Origin: an uncultured Actinomycetes bacterium
Lineage (GTDB): Bacteria > Actinomycetota > UBA4738 > HRBIN12
DNA: 64,000 nt
Assembly (NCBI GenBank): GCA_963831325.1
Contig: CAWHQA010000025.1
Span: 79,738-143,737 of the forward strand
Direction: 5' to 3'
Shown: one piece after another, positions 43,475 to 52,760 of the stretch
Layout: each line of letters begins with the position of its first letter
Numbering within the stretch: the stretch's first letter is position 1
Notes under the pieces: model-generated
Told to the model about the DNA's origin: nothing
Databases searched by the model: none
What the model saw: only the letters and a program-made list of their open reading frames with translations
Translations under genes and position numbers: made by a program

Positions 43475-43500
43475 GTTATCCACAGCCTGATGTGGATAAC
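43475..43500. promoter_or_regulatory. perfect inverted repeat of two DnaA-box-like 9-mers (TTATCCACA / TGTGGATAA)
   Basis: The sequence GTTATCCACA-GCCTGA-TGTGGATAAC has 10 bp arms and lies 28-53 nt upstream of the dnaE start. It is conspicuously AT-rich against the surrounding sequence. Confidence 0.5.
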
Positions 43501-43527
43501 TACACCGGTGTGATTCGAAGGAGACCT

Positions 43528-43556
43528 AACCTAGCCTCGGGCTCGGAAGGCGTCAA
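43528..43556 (-). promoter_or_regulatory. candidate dnaE promoter (-35 TTGACG, 17 nt spacer, -10 TAGGTT)
   Basis: Read on the minus strand, TTGACG (43556..43551) overlaps the rluD stop. TAGGTT (43533..43528) fits the actinobacterial TANNNT -10 pattern. This is motif matching only. Confidence 0.3.
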
Positions 43557-44452
43557 GGTTGCAGGTCGCGGGCCTCGGCGAGGGCCCGCTCGAGGTCGTC
43601 GGGCAGCGGTTCCTCGAGCTCGAGACGACGACCCGTGATCGGATGGTCGAAGCCGAGACGCCACGAGTGCAGGAAGGGCCGCTCCAGCCCGAGGGCCTTC
43701 GCGCGGTCCCCGCCGCCACCGTAGGCGCGGTCGCCGAGGATCGGGTGCCCGATCGCCTGCAGATGCACCCTGATCTGGTGGGTTCGTCCGGTGCGAGGCG
43801 CAGCCTCGAGCAGCGTGGCGCCGTGGAGCCTTTCCCGAACCACGAACCCCGTCTCTGCCTCCCGCCCTTCGCTGTGGTCGATCACGATCCGCTCGGAGCG
43901 CCTGCCGAGCGGAGCGTCGACGGCGAAAGCGTCGTGCTGGACCGAGCCGCGAACCAGCGCGAGGTACCGGCGCTCCACGTCGTGGCGACGCATCATGGCG
44001 GCCAGCGCCGCGTGAGCTTCGTCTGTCTTCGCGACGAGCATGAGCCCCGACGTGCCGGCGTCGAGTCGGTGCACGATGCCGGGTCGCAGCTCGCCTCCGG
44101 CACTCGACAAGGGGATCCCCATGCCGAGCAGGCGATTCACGAGCGTTCCCGATCGCCGCTGCGCGGTGGGGTGGGTGATCAGGCCTGCCGGCTTGGCGAT
44201 GACCAGCAGGTGATCGTCGACATGTCGGACGGGAACGGGCGGCCCTTCGGCTTGCAGAGGCTCGTGGACACCGACCTCGATCTCGATGCGCTCGCCCCCG
44301 TGGAGCCGGAAGGACTTCGATCGGGCCACGCCGTCGACGAGCAGGCGATCCTCGGTGATGGCCCGCTGTACGTCGGCACGAGCTGCCCCCGAGAGGCGGG
44401 CCACCACGGCGTCGAGCCGGCCGGCCTCGGCGATGTAGGTCTCAGCGCTCAT
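43553..44452 (-). CDS. rluD: RluA-family 23S rRNA pseudouridine synthase (RluD-like, N-terminal S4 domain)
   Basis: ATG 44452, 299 aa, with HRLDAGTSGLMLVAK and the RTGRTHQIRVH catalytic-region motifs. Confidence 0.88.
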   Translation of the reverse strand: MSAETYIAEAGRLDAVVARLSGAARADVQRAITEDRLLVDGVARSKSFRLHGGERIEIEVGVHEPLQAEGPPVPVRHVDDHLLVIAKPAGLITHPTAQRRSGTLVNRLLGMGIPLSSAGGELRPGIVHRLDAGTSGLMLVAKTDEAHAALAAMMRRHDVERRYLALVRGSVQHDAFAVDAPLGRRSERIVIDHSEGREAETGFVVRERLHGATLLEAAPRTGRTHQIRVHLQAIGHPILGDRAYGGGGDRAKALGLERPFLHSWRLGFDHPITGRRLELEEPLPDDLERALAEARDLQP

Positions 44453-44930
44453 CGGTTCTCGACCGCCGATCACCGAAGAACGAACCCATCGCCAGCATGA
44501 CGGCGCCGATGACGATCGCGGTATCGGCCAGGTTGAACACCGGCCAGATCTGTAGGTCGATGAAGTCGACCACATGTCCGCTCAAGCGCGCACCCCGTGT
44601 CACGCGGTCGGTGAGGTTGCCGAGCGCTCCCCCGAGCACCAGGCCGAGCGCGAGCGCTGTGACCGCGTCCGTGTGTCGGAACGCAGTCACGACGATCAGT
44701 ACCGCTACCACCACCGTCACCGCTGCGAAGAATTCAGGGGCGCTCTGCCCGAGGCTGAATGCTCCTCCCGGGTTCGTCGCGAAACGGAAGGTCACCACAC
44801 CCGCGATGACCTCGATCGGATCGCCGGGAAGTCGCTGCTCAGCCCAGATCTTCGTGAGCCGATCGGCGAGGTAGGTGAACGCCGCGGCGGAGAAGAGCCA
44901 GACGGCTCCGCGTCGCCGAGCGCGGTCCAC
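44442..44930 (-). CDS. lspA: lipoprotein signal peptidase II
   Basis: GTG 44930 lies 5 nt after the upstream stop. The protein has NPGGAFS and FIDLQIWPVFNLADTAI motifs and 4 TM segments. Confidence 0.88.
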   Translation of the reverse strand: MDRARRRGAVWLFSAAAFTYLADRLTKIWAEQRLPGDPIEVIAGVVTFRFATNPGGAFSLGQSAPEFFAAVTVVVAVLIVVTAFRHTDAVTALALGLVLGGALGNLTDRVTRGARLSGHVVDFIDLQIWPVFNLADTAIVIGAVMLAMGSFFGDRRSRTDER

Positions 44931-44935
44931 GGTCC

Positions 44936-45319
44936 CTACCGGCGCGACTGCGCCTTCGCGTCCTTGATGCAGAGATCTACGTACGGCAAGGCCTTGATGC
45001 GCGCCTTCTCGATCGGCTTGCCGCATCGCTCGCAGGTGCCGTAGGTCCCTTCGTCGATGCGAGCGAGCGCCCGCTCGATCTTGGAGAGCAGATCCCGCAC
45101 GTTGTTCTCGATCGAGAGATCCTTCTCTCGCTCGAAGGTGGCGGTACCTGCGTCGGCCGACTCGTCGTCGAGGCCCACGTCACCCGAGAGCTCGGACTGG
45201 GAAGCCGCGAAGGTCTCTTCCTCGATCGTGGTGAGCTGCTCGCGCAGCTCACCCTGTTCCTCATCAAGGCGACCCCTCAGGTCGGCGATCTCTTTGGCTG
45301 TGAGCTTGGTCTGGGCCAT
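44936..45319 (-). CDS. TraR/DksA-family C4-type zinc-finger protein
   Basis: 127 aa with a coiled-coil N-terminus and CERCGKPIEKARIKALPYVDLC. Its position between ileS and lspA is as in many actinobacteria. Confidence 0.85.
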   Translation of the reverse strand: MAQTKLTAKEIADLRGRLDEEQGELREQLTTIEEETFAASQSELSGDVGLDDESADAGTATFEREKDLSIENNVRDLLSKIERALARIDEGTYGTCERCGKPIEKARIKALPYVDLCIKDAKAQSRR

Positions 45320-45429
45320 AGCCGGCGAAGGGTAGCAGATGGTGCCGCCGTGGTCTCATCTCCGCAGGTCAGGCCCCATGCCCGCCCATCGACACCTTCA
45401 GCGAAAGTGGTGCCTCGTTGCCGAAGAGC

Positions 45430-45726
45430 GTGTACGATTGAGCGTCACAGGCGATGACGGGAACGCGCCGCGCGGACCCGTGAAGCAGGAGCGAGCCGGA
45501 GATGGTGCGAGCCCGGCGCCGAGCCCCGCGCGGACATCATCCCCGAGCCCCTGCCCGAGCCGGCCGCTAGGCCGTGGGAGATGCAGGCGGTCCCGCCCGT
45601 CATAGCGGGAGACCCCGGATGGGGTCGTGAGCGGCCGAGCCCGAGATGGCCCGGCAACGCGGGGTGGTACCGCGGGGCAGCACCGACGCCTCGTCCCGGC
45701 AGCGTGTGGGACGGGGCTTTTTCTTT
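45430..45726 (+). promoter_or_regulatory. T-box leader (tRNA-sensing riboswitch) of ileS
   Basis: The T-box core GGGGTGGTACCGCG sits at 45661-45674. A candidate specifier AUC followed by A is at 45535-45538. A terminator hairpin with a U-run follows directly, and the downstream gene is ileS. The 5' boundary is approximate. Confidence 0.7.
45688..45726 (+). terminator. intrinsic terminator of the ileS T-box leader
   Basis: The stem GCCTCGTCCC (45688-45697) pairs with GGGACGGGGC (45708-45717) over 10 bp including one G-U. The loop is 10 nt, followed by TTTTTCTTT (45718-45726). Confidence 0.7.
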
Positions 45727-45782
45727 GGGCCTCAAGGAGCGAAGCGGTAGGCCCGCCAGATCGGGGCCTCAAGGAGGAAGGA

Positions 45783-48700
45783 GTGGGAGCTGTGGAAGCG
45801 TTCGAGCCGGTCGACACGGGGGCGAGCTTCCCGGAGCTCGAGCGCGAGATCCTCGCGTTCTGGAAGGATCGCGACGTCTTCCGTTCCTCGCTCGCACAAC
45901 GCGATGGTGCTCCCGTCTGGATCTTCTACGAGGGACCTCCGACCGCGAACGGCAGGCCCGGCGTGCACCATGTGGAGCCTCGAACGTTCAAGGACGTCTA
46001 TCCGCGATTCAAGACGATGACCGGACACCTCGTGCCTCGCAAGGGAGGTTGGGACTGCCACGGCCTGCCGGTCGAGCTCGAGGTCGAGAAGGAGATCGGC
46101 ACCACCGGCAAGCGAGACATCGAGGCCTTCGGCATCGCGGCCTTCAACGATCTCTGCCGCGCCTCGGTCAAGCGCTACGTCGGCGAGTTCGAGCGCCTGA
46201 CCGAACGTATCGGGTACTGGGTCGACCTCGACGATGCGTACTGGACCATGGCACCCGAGTACGTCGAATCGGTCTGGTGGTCGCTGAAGTCGCTCTTCGA
46301 CAAGGGTCTGCTCCAGGAAGCCGACAGGGTCACGGCCTACTGCCCCCGGTGCGGCACCGCGCTGTCCGACGCCGAGGTAGCCCAGGGGTACGAGAGCGTC
46401 GAGGACCCGAGTGTCTTCGTCCGGTTCCCGATCGTCGGCGCGAGCGACCCGGACCTCGATGGCGCCTCGTTGCTGGTGTGGACCACTACGCCGTGGACGC
46501 TGCCCTCCAATGCCGGCGCCGCCCTCGACCCAGGTGCGACCTACGTCGTCATGGAACAGGGCGGCGAGCGGCTGATCGTGGCCGAGCCCCGCGCCGACGA
46601 GGTCCTCGGAGACGGCTGGCGGCGTGTTCGGTCGATCGCGGGCACGTCGCTGGTCGGCCTCGGGTACCAGCCGCCCTACACCAACATCGAGGGCGCTCAT
46701 CGCGTCGTCGCCGGCGCGTTCGTCTCGATGGACGACGGCACCGGCATCGTGCATCTGGCGCCTGCCTTCGGCCCCGAGGATCTCGCAGCCGGGCGCGAGC
46801 ACGGGTGGGCCGTGCACAAGCCGGTCGGTGATGACGGGCGGTTCACGGACCTCGCGCCGGAGTTCGTCCGCGGCCTGTTCGTGAAGGACGCCGACGCGGT
46901 GATCGTCGAAGACCTTCGCGCCCGCGATGTGCTGCTGCGCGCTGAGACCTACGAACACAACTACCCGTTCTGTTGGAGGTGCCACACGCCGCTCCTCTAC
47001 TACGCGCGTACCTCGTGGTACGTGCGAACGACTGAAGTGAAGGATCGCCTGCTCGAGGTGAACGAGGGCGTGGGCTGGTACCCCGACCACATCAGGCAGG
47101 GGCGCTACGGCAACTGGCTCGAGAACAACGTGGACTGGGCGCTGTCGCGGGAGCGCTACTGGGGCACTCCCCTGCCGATCTGGCGCTGTGCCCAAGGGCA
47201 CCTGCGAGCCGTGAGCTCGCTCACGGAGCTCGGCGAGCTCGCCGGCCGTGACGTGACCGATGTCGACCCTCACCGTCCGGCGATCGACGAGATCGTCTTC
47301 TCGTGCCCAGAGTGCGGCGAGGAAGCTCGCCGTGTCCCCGAGGTGATCGACACCTGGTACGACTCCGGCGCGATGCCGTTCGCGCAGTGGGGCTACCATC
47401 CCGAGCTCGGCCGAGGCATGGAGGAGTTCGAGCGGTCCTTCCCTGCGGATTTCATCTCCGAGGCGATCGACCAGACCCGCGGCTGGTTCTACACGTTGAT
47501 GGCCGAGGGCGTCTTGCACTTCGACTCCACGGCCTACCGCAACGTCGTGTGTCTGGGGCACATCATCGCCGCCGACGGCCGGAAGATGTCGAAATCCCTC
47601 GGCAACATGTTCGACCCGTGGGAGGCGCTCGACCGCCAGGGCGCCGACGCCCTGCGCTGGTTCATGATCACGAACGGCTCGCCCTGGGCTTCACGCCGCA
47701 TCAGCCACGATGTGCTCGACGAGGTGTTGCGGCAGTTCCTCCTGACGCTTCGCAACGTGCATGCCTTCTTCGTCACGTACGCGACGGCCGACGGGTTCGA
47801 CCCGGCTTCCCCTGCGCCCCCGGTCGCCGAGCGATCCCTGCTCGATCGGTGGTTGCTCTCTCAGCTGGCGCGGACGGTCCGTTCGGCCCGCGACGGCCTC
47901 GATGCCTACGACGCCACCGGCGCGGGCCGCTCCATCGAGCGCTTCGTCGAAGATCTCTCCAACTGGTACGTGCGCCGCTCGCGCCGACGCTTCTGGAATC
48001 CAGGGAACGAGGCGAGCGATGACGCTGCGGCAGCCTTCCACACGCTGTACGAGTGCCTCGTCACCGTCGCGGCGTTGCTGGCCCCGTTCACTCCGTTCAT
48101 CGCCGACGTGATGTGGCGCAACCTCGCCGCCGGCCGCGCTGACCGGCCTGAGTCTGTGCACCTCGCCAACTATCCCTCGGTCGACGAGGCCGCGATCGAC
48201 GACGAGCTCGATGATGCGATGTCGGCGGCCCGAGTCATCGTAGGTCTCGGCCGCGCCGTGCGCACGGCGACCAAGACCAAGGTGCGCCAGCCCCTGTCGG
48301 AGGCCGTCGTGCACCTTCCCGGCAGCCACACTGGCCTCGTGTCCTTGCTGAAGATCGTGGCTGAAGAGCTGAACGTGCACCGGGTCGTCTTCGCCGAGTC
48401 GGCCGAGGCGTTCGGGCGGTGGCACGCGAAGCCCAACTTCAGGGCGCTCGGCCCGACGCTCGGACCACGTGTCAAGGAGGTCGCGGCCGCACTCGGCGCA
48501 GACGACGGCTCTTTGGCCGGCGAGCTCGCGAGAGGCGGCTCGGTCGCGCTCGCCACATCGAGCGGCGAGATCAGGTTGGGTCCCGACGACGTCGACCTCA
48601 CCCAGGACGTCCGCGAAGGATGGGGCGTCGCCAGCGAGGGCGGGGTCACGCTCGCGCTCGACCTCGCCCTCACCGACGGCCTCCGACGAGAAGGCGTCGC

Positions 48701-48944
48701 GCGCGAGCTGATCAGAGCCGTGCAGGACGCGCGCAAGGGGGCGGGACTCGAGGTCGTCGATCGCATCCACCTCGGCGTCGAAGCCGGTCCGGTCGTAGGC
48801 GAAGCGCTCCGCGACCATAGGGACACGATCGCCCGCGAGACGCTCGCGATCGAAGTGGTGGAGGCGGGGGTCGAAGGGGCTGCCGTCGACGCGTCGATCG
48901 AAGGGGAACCGGTGCGGATCAGCCTGCGGCGCGCGCAGGGGTGA
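45783..48944 (+). CDS. ileS: isoleucine--tRNA ligase
   Basis: GTG 45783 follows AAGGAGGAAGGAG. The protein has PPTANGRPGVHH (a HIGH-type motif) and KMSKS, and is intact at about 1053 aa. Confidence 0.96.
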   Translation: MGAVEAFEPVDTGASFPELEREILAFWKDRDVFRSSLAQRDGAPVWIFYEGPPTANGRPGVHHVEPRTFKDVYPRFKTMTGHLVPRKGGWDCHGLPVELEVEKEIGTTGKRDIEAFGIAAFNDLCRASVKRYVGEFERLTERIGYWVDLDDAYWTMAPEYVESVWWSLKSLFDKGLLQEADRVTAYCPRCGTALSDAEVAQGYESVEDPSVFVRFPIVGASDPDLDGASLLVWTTTPWTLPSNAGAALDPGATYVVMEQGGERLIVAEPRADEVLGDGWRRVRSIAGTSLVGLGYQPPYTNIEGAHRVVAGAFVSMDDGTGIVHLAPAFGPEDLAAGREHGWAVHKPVGDDGRFTDLAPEFVRGLFVKDADAVIVEDLRARDVLLRAETYEHNYPFCWRCHTPLLYYARTSWYVRTTEVKDRLLEVNEGVGWYPDHIRQGRYGNWLENNVDWALSRERYWGTPLPIWRCAQGHLRAVSSLTELGELAGRDVTDVDPHRPAIDEIVFSCPECGEEARRVPEVIDTWYDSGAMPFAQWGYHPELGRGMEEFERSFPADFISEAIDQTRGWFYTLMAEGVLHFDSTAYRNVVCLGHIIAADGRKMSKSLGNMFDPWEALDRQGADALRWFMITNGSPWASRRISHDVLDEVLRQFLLTLRNVHAFFVTYATADGFDPASPAPPVAERSLLDRWLLSQLARTVRSARDGLDAYDATGAGRSIERFVEDLSNWYVRRSRRRFWNPGNEASDDAAAAFHTLYECLVTVAALLAPFTPFIADVMWRNLAAGRADRPESVHLANYPSVDEAAIDDELDDAMSAARVIVGLGRAVRTATKTKVRQPLSEAVVHLPGSHTGLVSLLKIVAEELNVHRVVFAESAEAFGRWHAKPNFRALGPTLGPRVKEVAAALGADDGSLAGELARGGSVALATSSGEIRLGPDDVDLTQDVREGWGVASEGGVTLALDLALTDGLRREGVARELIRAVQDARKGAGLEVVDRIHLGVEAGPVVGEALRDHRDTIARETLAIEVVEAGVEGAAVDASIEGEPVRISLRRAQG

Positions 48945-48953
48945 GCACGTGGG

Positions 48954-49817
48954 TCAGTCCTCACCCCAGAAGAGCTCGCGCAGCGATCGATCTGCCTCGG
49001 GGCTGCCCTCACTCCGCGACGCTCCAGCGGGCGCGGGCTCCTCGATGCGCACAGCCGCCTCCGCCTCCGGCACGGTCGTTGGCTCACCGTCTGTCGTCGA
49101 ACCCGAGTCGTCCTCATGCAGGGGCTCGTGCTCCGTTCCCGACGAACGTTCGGCCGCCGCCGGCACGTTCGTGGAACCGGCCAACGCCGCCGCGTCTTGT
49201 GGGTCGTCGGCATCGGCGCGTGCAGCCGGAACAGGGGTCGCGATCTCAGTGGCCGTCGGGGTCGTGGCCGGTGGCGCAGCGGCAGCGGATGTCGCGGCGG
49301 CAAGGGCCGCCGGCTTGGCGGACGTGCGTCCGGAAGCCGAGCGTGCAGACTTCGCCATGCCTTTGACGGCCTCAGCGTGTTCCTGCACGAGCCCGGCCAG
49401 AGCCTGCAGGAACTCTCGCTCCTGCGACAGGAACACGTTCACAGCTGACCGATCCGCGGGGCCGCTCGCCGACACGGCTGCCTCCGAGCTCGTGGCCTTC
49501 GCTTCACCCGTGATGCGAGCCGCCTCGGCGCGCGCACGAGCGATGATCTCGTCGGCTTGGCGCCCCACGTCGTCGAGGTCGGGCGAGCCCACCATGGCTG
49601 CCGCTCCACCCGTTCGGAGTCGATCGTTCTCGGCCTTGAGGGCCGTGAACGTATCGGTGATGTGATCGAGGAACTCGTCGACATCGCGCATCTTGTAGCC
49701 GCCGAAGCGCGAGACACGGAACTCCTTCTGTTGCACGTCGATCGGCGTGAGTTGCGATCGCGCGACCGGAGCCTCACGGGTACCCGGATCCTTGCCCTTC
49801 GTTTTCCCTTTGCCCAT
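48954..49817 (-). CDS. divIVA: DivIVA-domain cell-division/polar-growth protein with a long low-complexity tail
   Basis: ATG 49817 follows AGGAGGGG. The DivIVA N-domain reads LTPIDVQQKEFRVSRFGGYKMRDVDEFLDHI. The C-terminal half is Ala/Pro/Thr-rich. Confidence 0.85.
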   Translation of the reverse strand: MGKGKTKGKDPGTREAPVARSQLTPIDVQQKEFRVSRFGGYKMRDVDEFLDHITDTFTALKAENDRLRTGGAAAMVGSPDLDDVGRQADEIIARARAEAARITGEAKATSSEAAVSASGPADRSAVNVFLSQEREFLQALAGLVQEHAEAVKGMAKSARSASGRTSAKPAALAAATSAAAAPPATTPTATEIATPVPAARADADDPQDAAALAGSTNVPAAAERSSGTEHEPLHEDDSGSTTDGEPTTVPEAEAAVRIEEPAPAGASRSEGSPEADRSLRELFWGED

Positions 49818-49831
49818 GGATCCCCTCCTGG

Positions 49832-50089
49832 TCAGCAGAGCGCCGTTTGCAGCACGAAGATGATGATGAACGCCACAACGACCGAGAGGTCGAACATACC
49901 TGCCGGGGGGAGGATGCGGCGGAGCATGCGAAGCGGTGGTTCGGTCACGTCGTACAACAGATCGTACGCCGAGCGGAGCGGACCGGTCGCCGGGGGACGC
50001 CACCCCGCGAGCTGTACCCAGCTCAAGATGACGCGGAGCAGCAAGATGATCCAGACGAGCGTGAGGGCGACGCATATCAACCGAGCCAT
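49832..50089 (-). CDS. YggT-family membrane protein
   Basis: 85 aa with two TM segments. It has the YggT-like core VLRVILSWV...PLRMLRRILPP. Its position between sepF and divIVA is typical. Confidence 0.8.
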   Translation of the reverse strand: MARLICVALTLVWIILLLRVILSWVQLAGWRPPATGPLRSAYDLLYDVTEPPLRMLRRILPPAGMFDLSVVVAFIIIFVLQTALC

Positions 50090-50162
50090 CGGGTGCAGAG
50101 GCTAACAGCAGCGTCCGGCGCACGATCCACCTGCCCGCTCTGCGCCGCGGCGCGTTCTCCGC

Positions 50163-50633
50163 TCAGAACTGGTTGTAGAAGCCGGTGCCCGCGATGCGCT
50201 CACGCTCCTCGGCCGAGACCTCGACGTCGGCAGGGCTGAGCAGGTAGACGCGGTTGGCGACGAGCTCGATCTTGCCGTCGAGCCCGTAGACGAGTCCGCT
50301 CGCGAAGTCGACGAGTCGCCGTGCGATCGAATCCTCGGTGGCCTGCAGGTTCATGATGACCGCGGTGCCGTCCTTGAAGCGGTCAGCCACCTCTCGAGCC
50401 TCGTTGAACCGCTTCGGCTCCGACTTGTGGATCGAGCTCATGCCCGAGGAGACCGATCGAGGCGAGGCGATCGTTCGCACGACTCCTTCCGCCTCCGCGG
50501 GCACCTCGCGCACGGCCTGCGGGCGCATACGCCGCACCGGCGCCGGATCGGCCTCGGGCATGTCGTCGACGAAGTCTTCGTCTTCCTCGACGAGCCCCAG
50601 GTAGTTCAGGGTCTTCTTCCACACGCCGGCCAT
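50163..50633 (-). CDS. sepF: cell division protein SepF
   Basis: 156 aa beginning MAGVWKKTLNYLGLVEEDED. The C-terminal SepF domain reads AVIMNLQ...RRLVDFASGLVYGLDG. Confidence 0.9.
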   Translation of the reverse strand: MAGVWKKTLNYLGLVEEDEDFVDDMPEADPAPVRRMRPQAVREVPAEAEGVVRTIASPRSVSSGMSSIHKSEPKRFNEAREVADRFKDGTAVIMNLQATEDSIARRLVDFASGLVYGLDGKIELVANRVYLLSPADVEVSAEERERIAGTGFYNQF

Positions 50634-51397
50634 CTCCGTTTCCTCTCGTGTCCTCGAGTCGCGTCACAGGGTCCCGCGCGGCTCCGCTCTCTCGGCTCGC
50701 TCCTCGGCTCTCTGGGCCCGAACAACGCCGTTCCGATGCGAACCATCGTAGCGCCTTCCTCTACTGCAGCCTCGTAATCCAACGACATCCCCATGCTCAA
50801 GTCCACCACGTCGGCATGGTTCTGCTGGATGACATCGCGGAGTTCACGCAGCCGGCGGAACCACGGTCGGGCATCATCGGGGGTCGTGCCGAACGGTGGG
50901 ATCGTCATGAGCCCGCGCAGGCGCAGCCCCTCGAGAGGGGCGACATGGTCCGCAAAGGCGGGGAGGTCATCGGGGGTCACGCCCGTCCGCTCACCCGTGA
51001 AGTCGACCTCGATCAGCGCGTCGACGATGCGCCCCGCCTCTGCGGCGCGCCGAGCGAGACGGCCTGTCGAGCGGCGACCCGACGAGGGTCTCGACCACGT
51101 CGGCGAGAGCGGCCACATGGTGAGCCGAGCCTGTCTGGAGCGCGCCGATGTAGTGCCAGCGGACGCCGGGGAGCGCGTCGTGCAGATCGCGCATCTCGCG
51201 TACGTAGTTCTGCCCGATCGCCGTCACACCCGCCTCGACCACCCACGGATCGGCTCGGCCGGCTGGGTCTTCGCGGCCGCCACCAGCATGATCGTATCCA
51301 CATCGCGTCCCGATCGTTCACAGGCGCGGTCGAGACGCCCTCGGATCGCGGCGAGGTTGCGCTCGATCTCGGCGCGGCTGAGGCCCATGACGCTCAT
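50606..51397 (-). pseudogene. YggS/YlmE-family PLP-binding protein, at least two frameshifts
   Basis: ATG 51397 gives MSVMGLSRAEIERNLAAIRGRLDRACERSGRDVDTIMLVAAAKTQPAEPIR. VVEAGVTAIGQNYVREM...WHYIGALQT is in ORF 50991..51242. VDALIEVDFTGE...LRGLMTIPP...LSMGMSLDYEAAVEEGATMVRIGTALFG is in ORF 50606..51118. The 3' end as written overlaps sepF by 28 nt. Confidence 0.75.
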
Positions 51398-51587
51398 GGT
51401 GTCACGGAGCCGAAGGCCGCTCCGTCATCGCACCCGTGCGGCAGCTCGCCCCGCTGCATCGAGAACGGGGGCGGGGAGGCTTCTCGGCCAAGAGGCGGGG
51501 GAAGGGCGCCTCCTCGCGTCGATGCCTCTCCGCCCCCACGCCCTGCCGGCCGCGCGGAGCGAGATGCTGGCTCGTCGATGCTGCCGA

Positions 51588-52760
51588 TCAGTTCTTGAGG
51601 AAGTCCGGGATGTCGAGGTCCTCCTCGGCGTCGAACGACACCGACCGTTGCGGCTCATGCTCGCCCGTGGTGAAGACATCGCCGTCGTCATCGACCTCGT
51701 CGGCGAGGATCGACGGGAGCGTTTCGCGCGTACCCACGCCCTCGGCGCCGACCGGCTCTTCGAGCAGCCGCGAGAGCCGGGACTCGAATTGGTTCGTGCC
51801 GGTCGCGTTCGGGGCCACCTTGTCGAAGCCCGCCGCCACGACCGTGACTCGCACCTCCTCGCCGAGGGCGTCGTCGACGACCGCCCCGAAGATGATGTTG
51901 GCGTCGGGGTGAGCCACCCGTGTGATCGCCTCGGCGGCCTGGTTCACCTCGTGCAGGGTCAGGTCGGTCGGCCCGGCGATGGACAGCAGCACGCCCTTCG
52001 CTCCGTCGATCGAGCTCTCGAGCAAGGGTGAGCTGATCGCGGCCTTCGACGCCTCCGTGGCACGGTCCGGTCCGGACCCCAGCCCGATGCCCATGAGGGC
52101 CGAGCCGGCGCCCGACATGACCGTCTTCACGTCGGCGAAGTCGAGATTGATGAGCCCTGGCGTCGTGATCAGCGACGTGATGCCATCGACCCCTTGATAG
52201 AGCACTTGGTCGGCCATGCGGAATGCCTCGACCATCGGCATGTTCGGGTCGGCGACCTGGAGCAGCCGGTCGTTGGGAACGACGATCAGCGTGTCGACCG
52301 CCTTCTTCAGCTCGGTGATACCGAGGTCGGCCTGGGTGGCTCGCCGGCGACCCTCGAAGCCGAACGGACGGGTCACCACACCGATCGTGAGCGCACCGAG
52401 CCCCTTCGCCACCTCTGCGACGACCGGTGCGCCCCCGGTGCCGGTGCCGCCGCCTTCGCCGGCGGTGATGAACACCATGTCAGCACCCTTGAGGATCTCC
52501 TCGATCTCATCGGCATGTTCGGTCGATGCAGACTTGCCCACCTCCGGATCCGAGCCGGCCCCCAGACCCCGGGTCGTCTCACGGCCGATGTCGAGCTTCA
52601 CCTCCGCGTCGGACATCAGCAGGGTCTGCGCGTCGGTGTTGACAGCGATGAACTCGACGCCCCGCAAGCCTGCTTCGATCATGCGGTTCACCGCGTTCAC
52701 GCCGCCGCCGCCGATGCCGACCACCTTGATCACGGCGAGGTAGTTCTGGGGAACGTCCAT
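51588..52760 (-). CDS. ftsZ: cell division GTPase FtsZ
   Basis: ATG 52760 follows GGAGGAAGG. The protein has [30 protein letters not shown] and a C-terminal DLDIPDFLK peptide. It is intact. Confidence 0.97.
   Translation of the reverse strand: MDVPQNYLAVIKVVGIGGGGVNAVNRMIEAGLRGVEFIAVNTDAQTLLMSDAEVKLDIGRETTRGLGAGSDPEVGKSASTEHADEIEEILKGADMVFITAGEGGGTGTGGAPVVAEVAKGLGALTIGVVTRPFGFEGRRRATQADLGITELKKAVDTLIVVPNDRLLQVADPNMPMVEAFRMADQVLYQGVDGITSLITTPGLINLDFADVKTVMSGAGSALMGIGLGSGPDRATEASKAAISSPLLESSIDGAKGVLLSIAGPTDLTLHEVNQAAEAITRVAHPDANIIFGAVVDDALGEEVRVTVVAAGFDKVAPNATGTNQFESRLSRLLEEPVGAEGVGTRETLPSILADEVDDDGDVFTTGEHEPQRSVSFDAEEDLDIPDFLKN

Noticed and set aside
45339-45817. Small ORFs in the dksA-like/ileS spacer (45339..45605 +, 45398..45817 -, 45445..45735 -) and the 5' extension of the ileS ORF from 45627.
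   Set aside because: Their composition is Arg/Pro/Gly-rich nonsense. The region is explained by a T-box leader with a terminator, and ileS has a strong SD directly before GTG 45783.
51398-51587. A missing pgeF/yfiH-like (laccase-domain) gene between yggS and ftsZ, possibly hidden as a degraded ORF.
   Set aside because: The gap is only 190 nt and none of its frames shows a recognisable peptide. I treat it as plain intergenic sequence and mention it only as a gene-order note.
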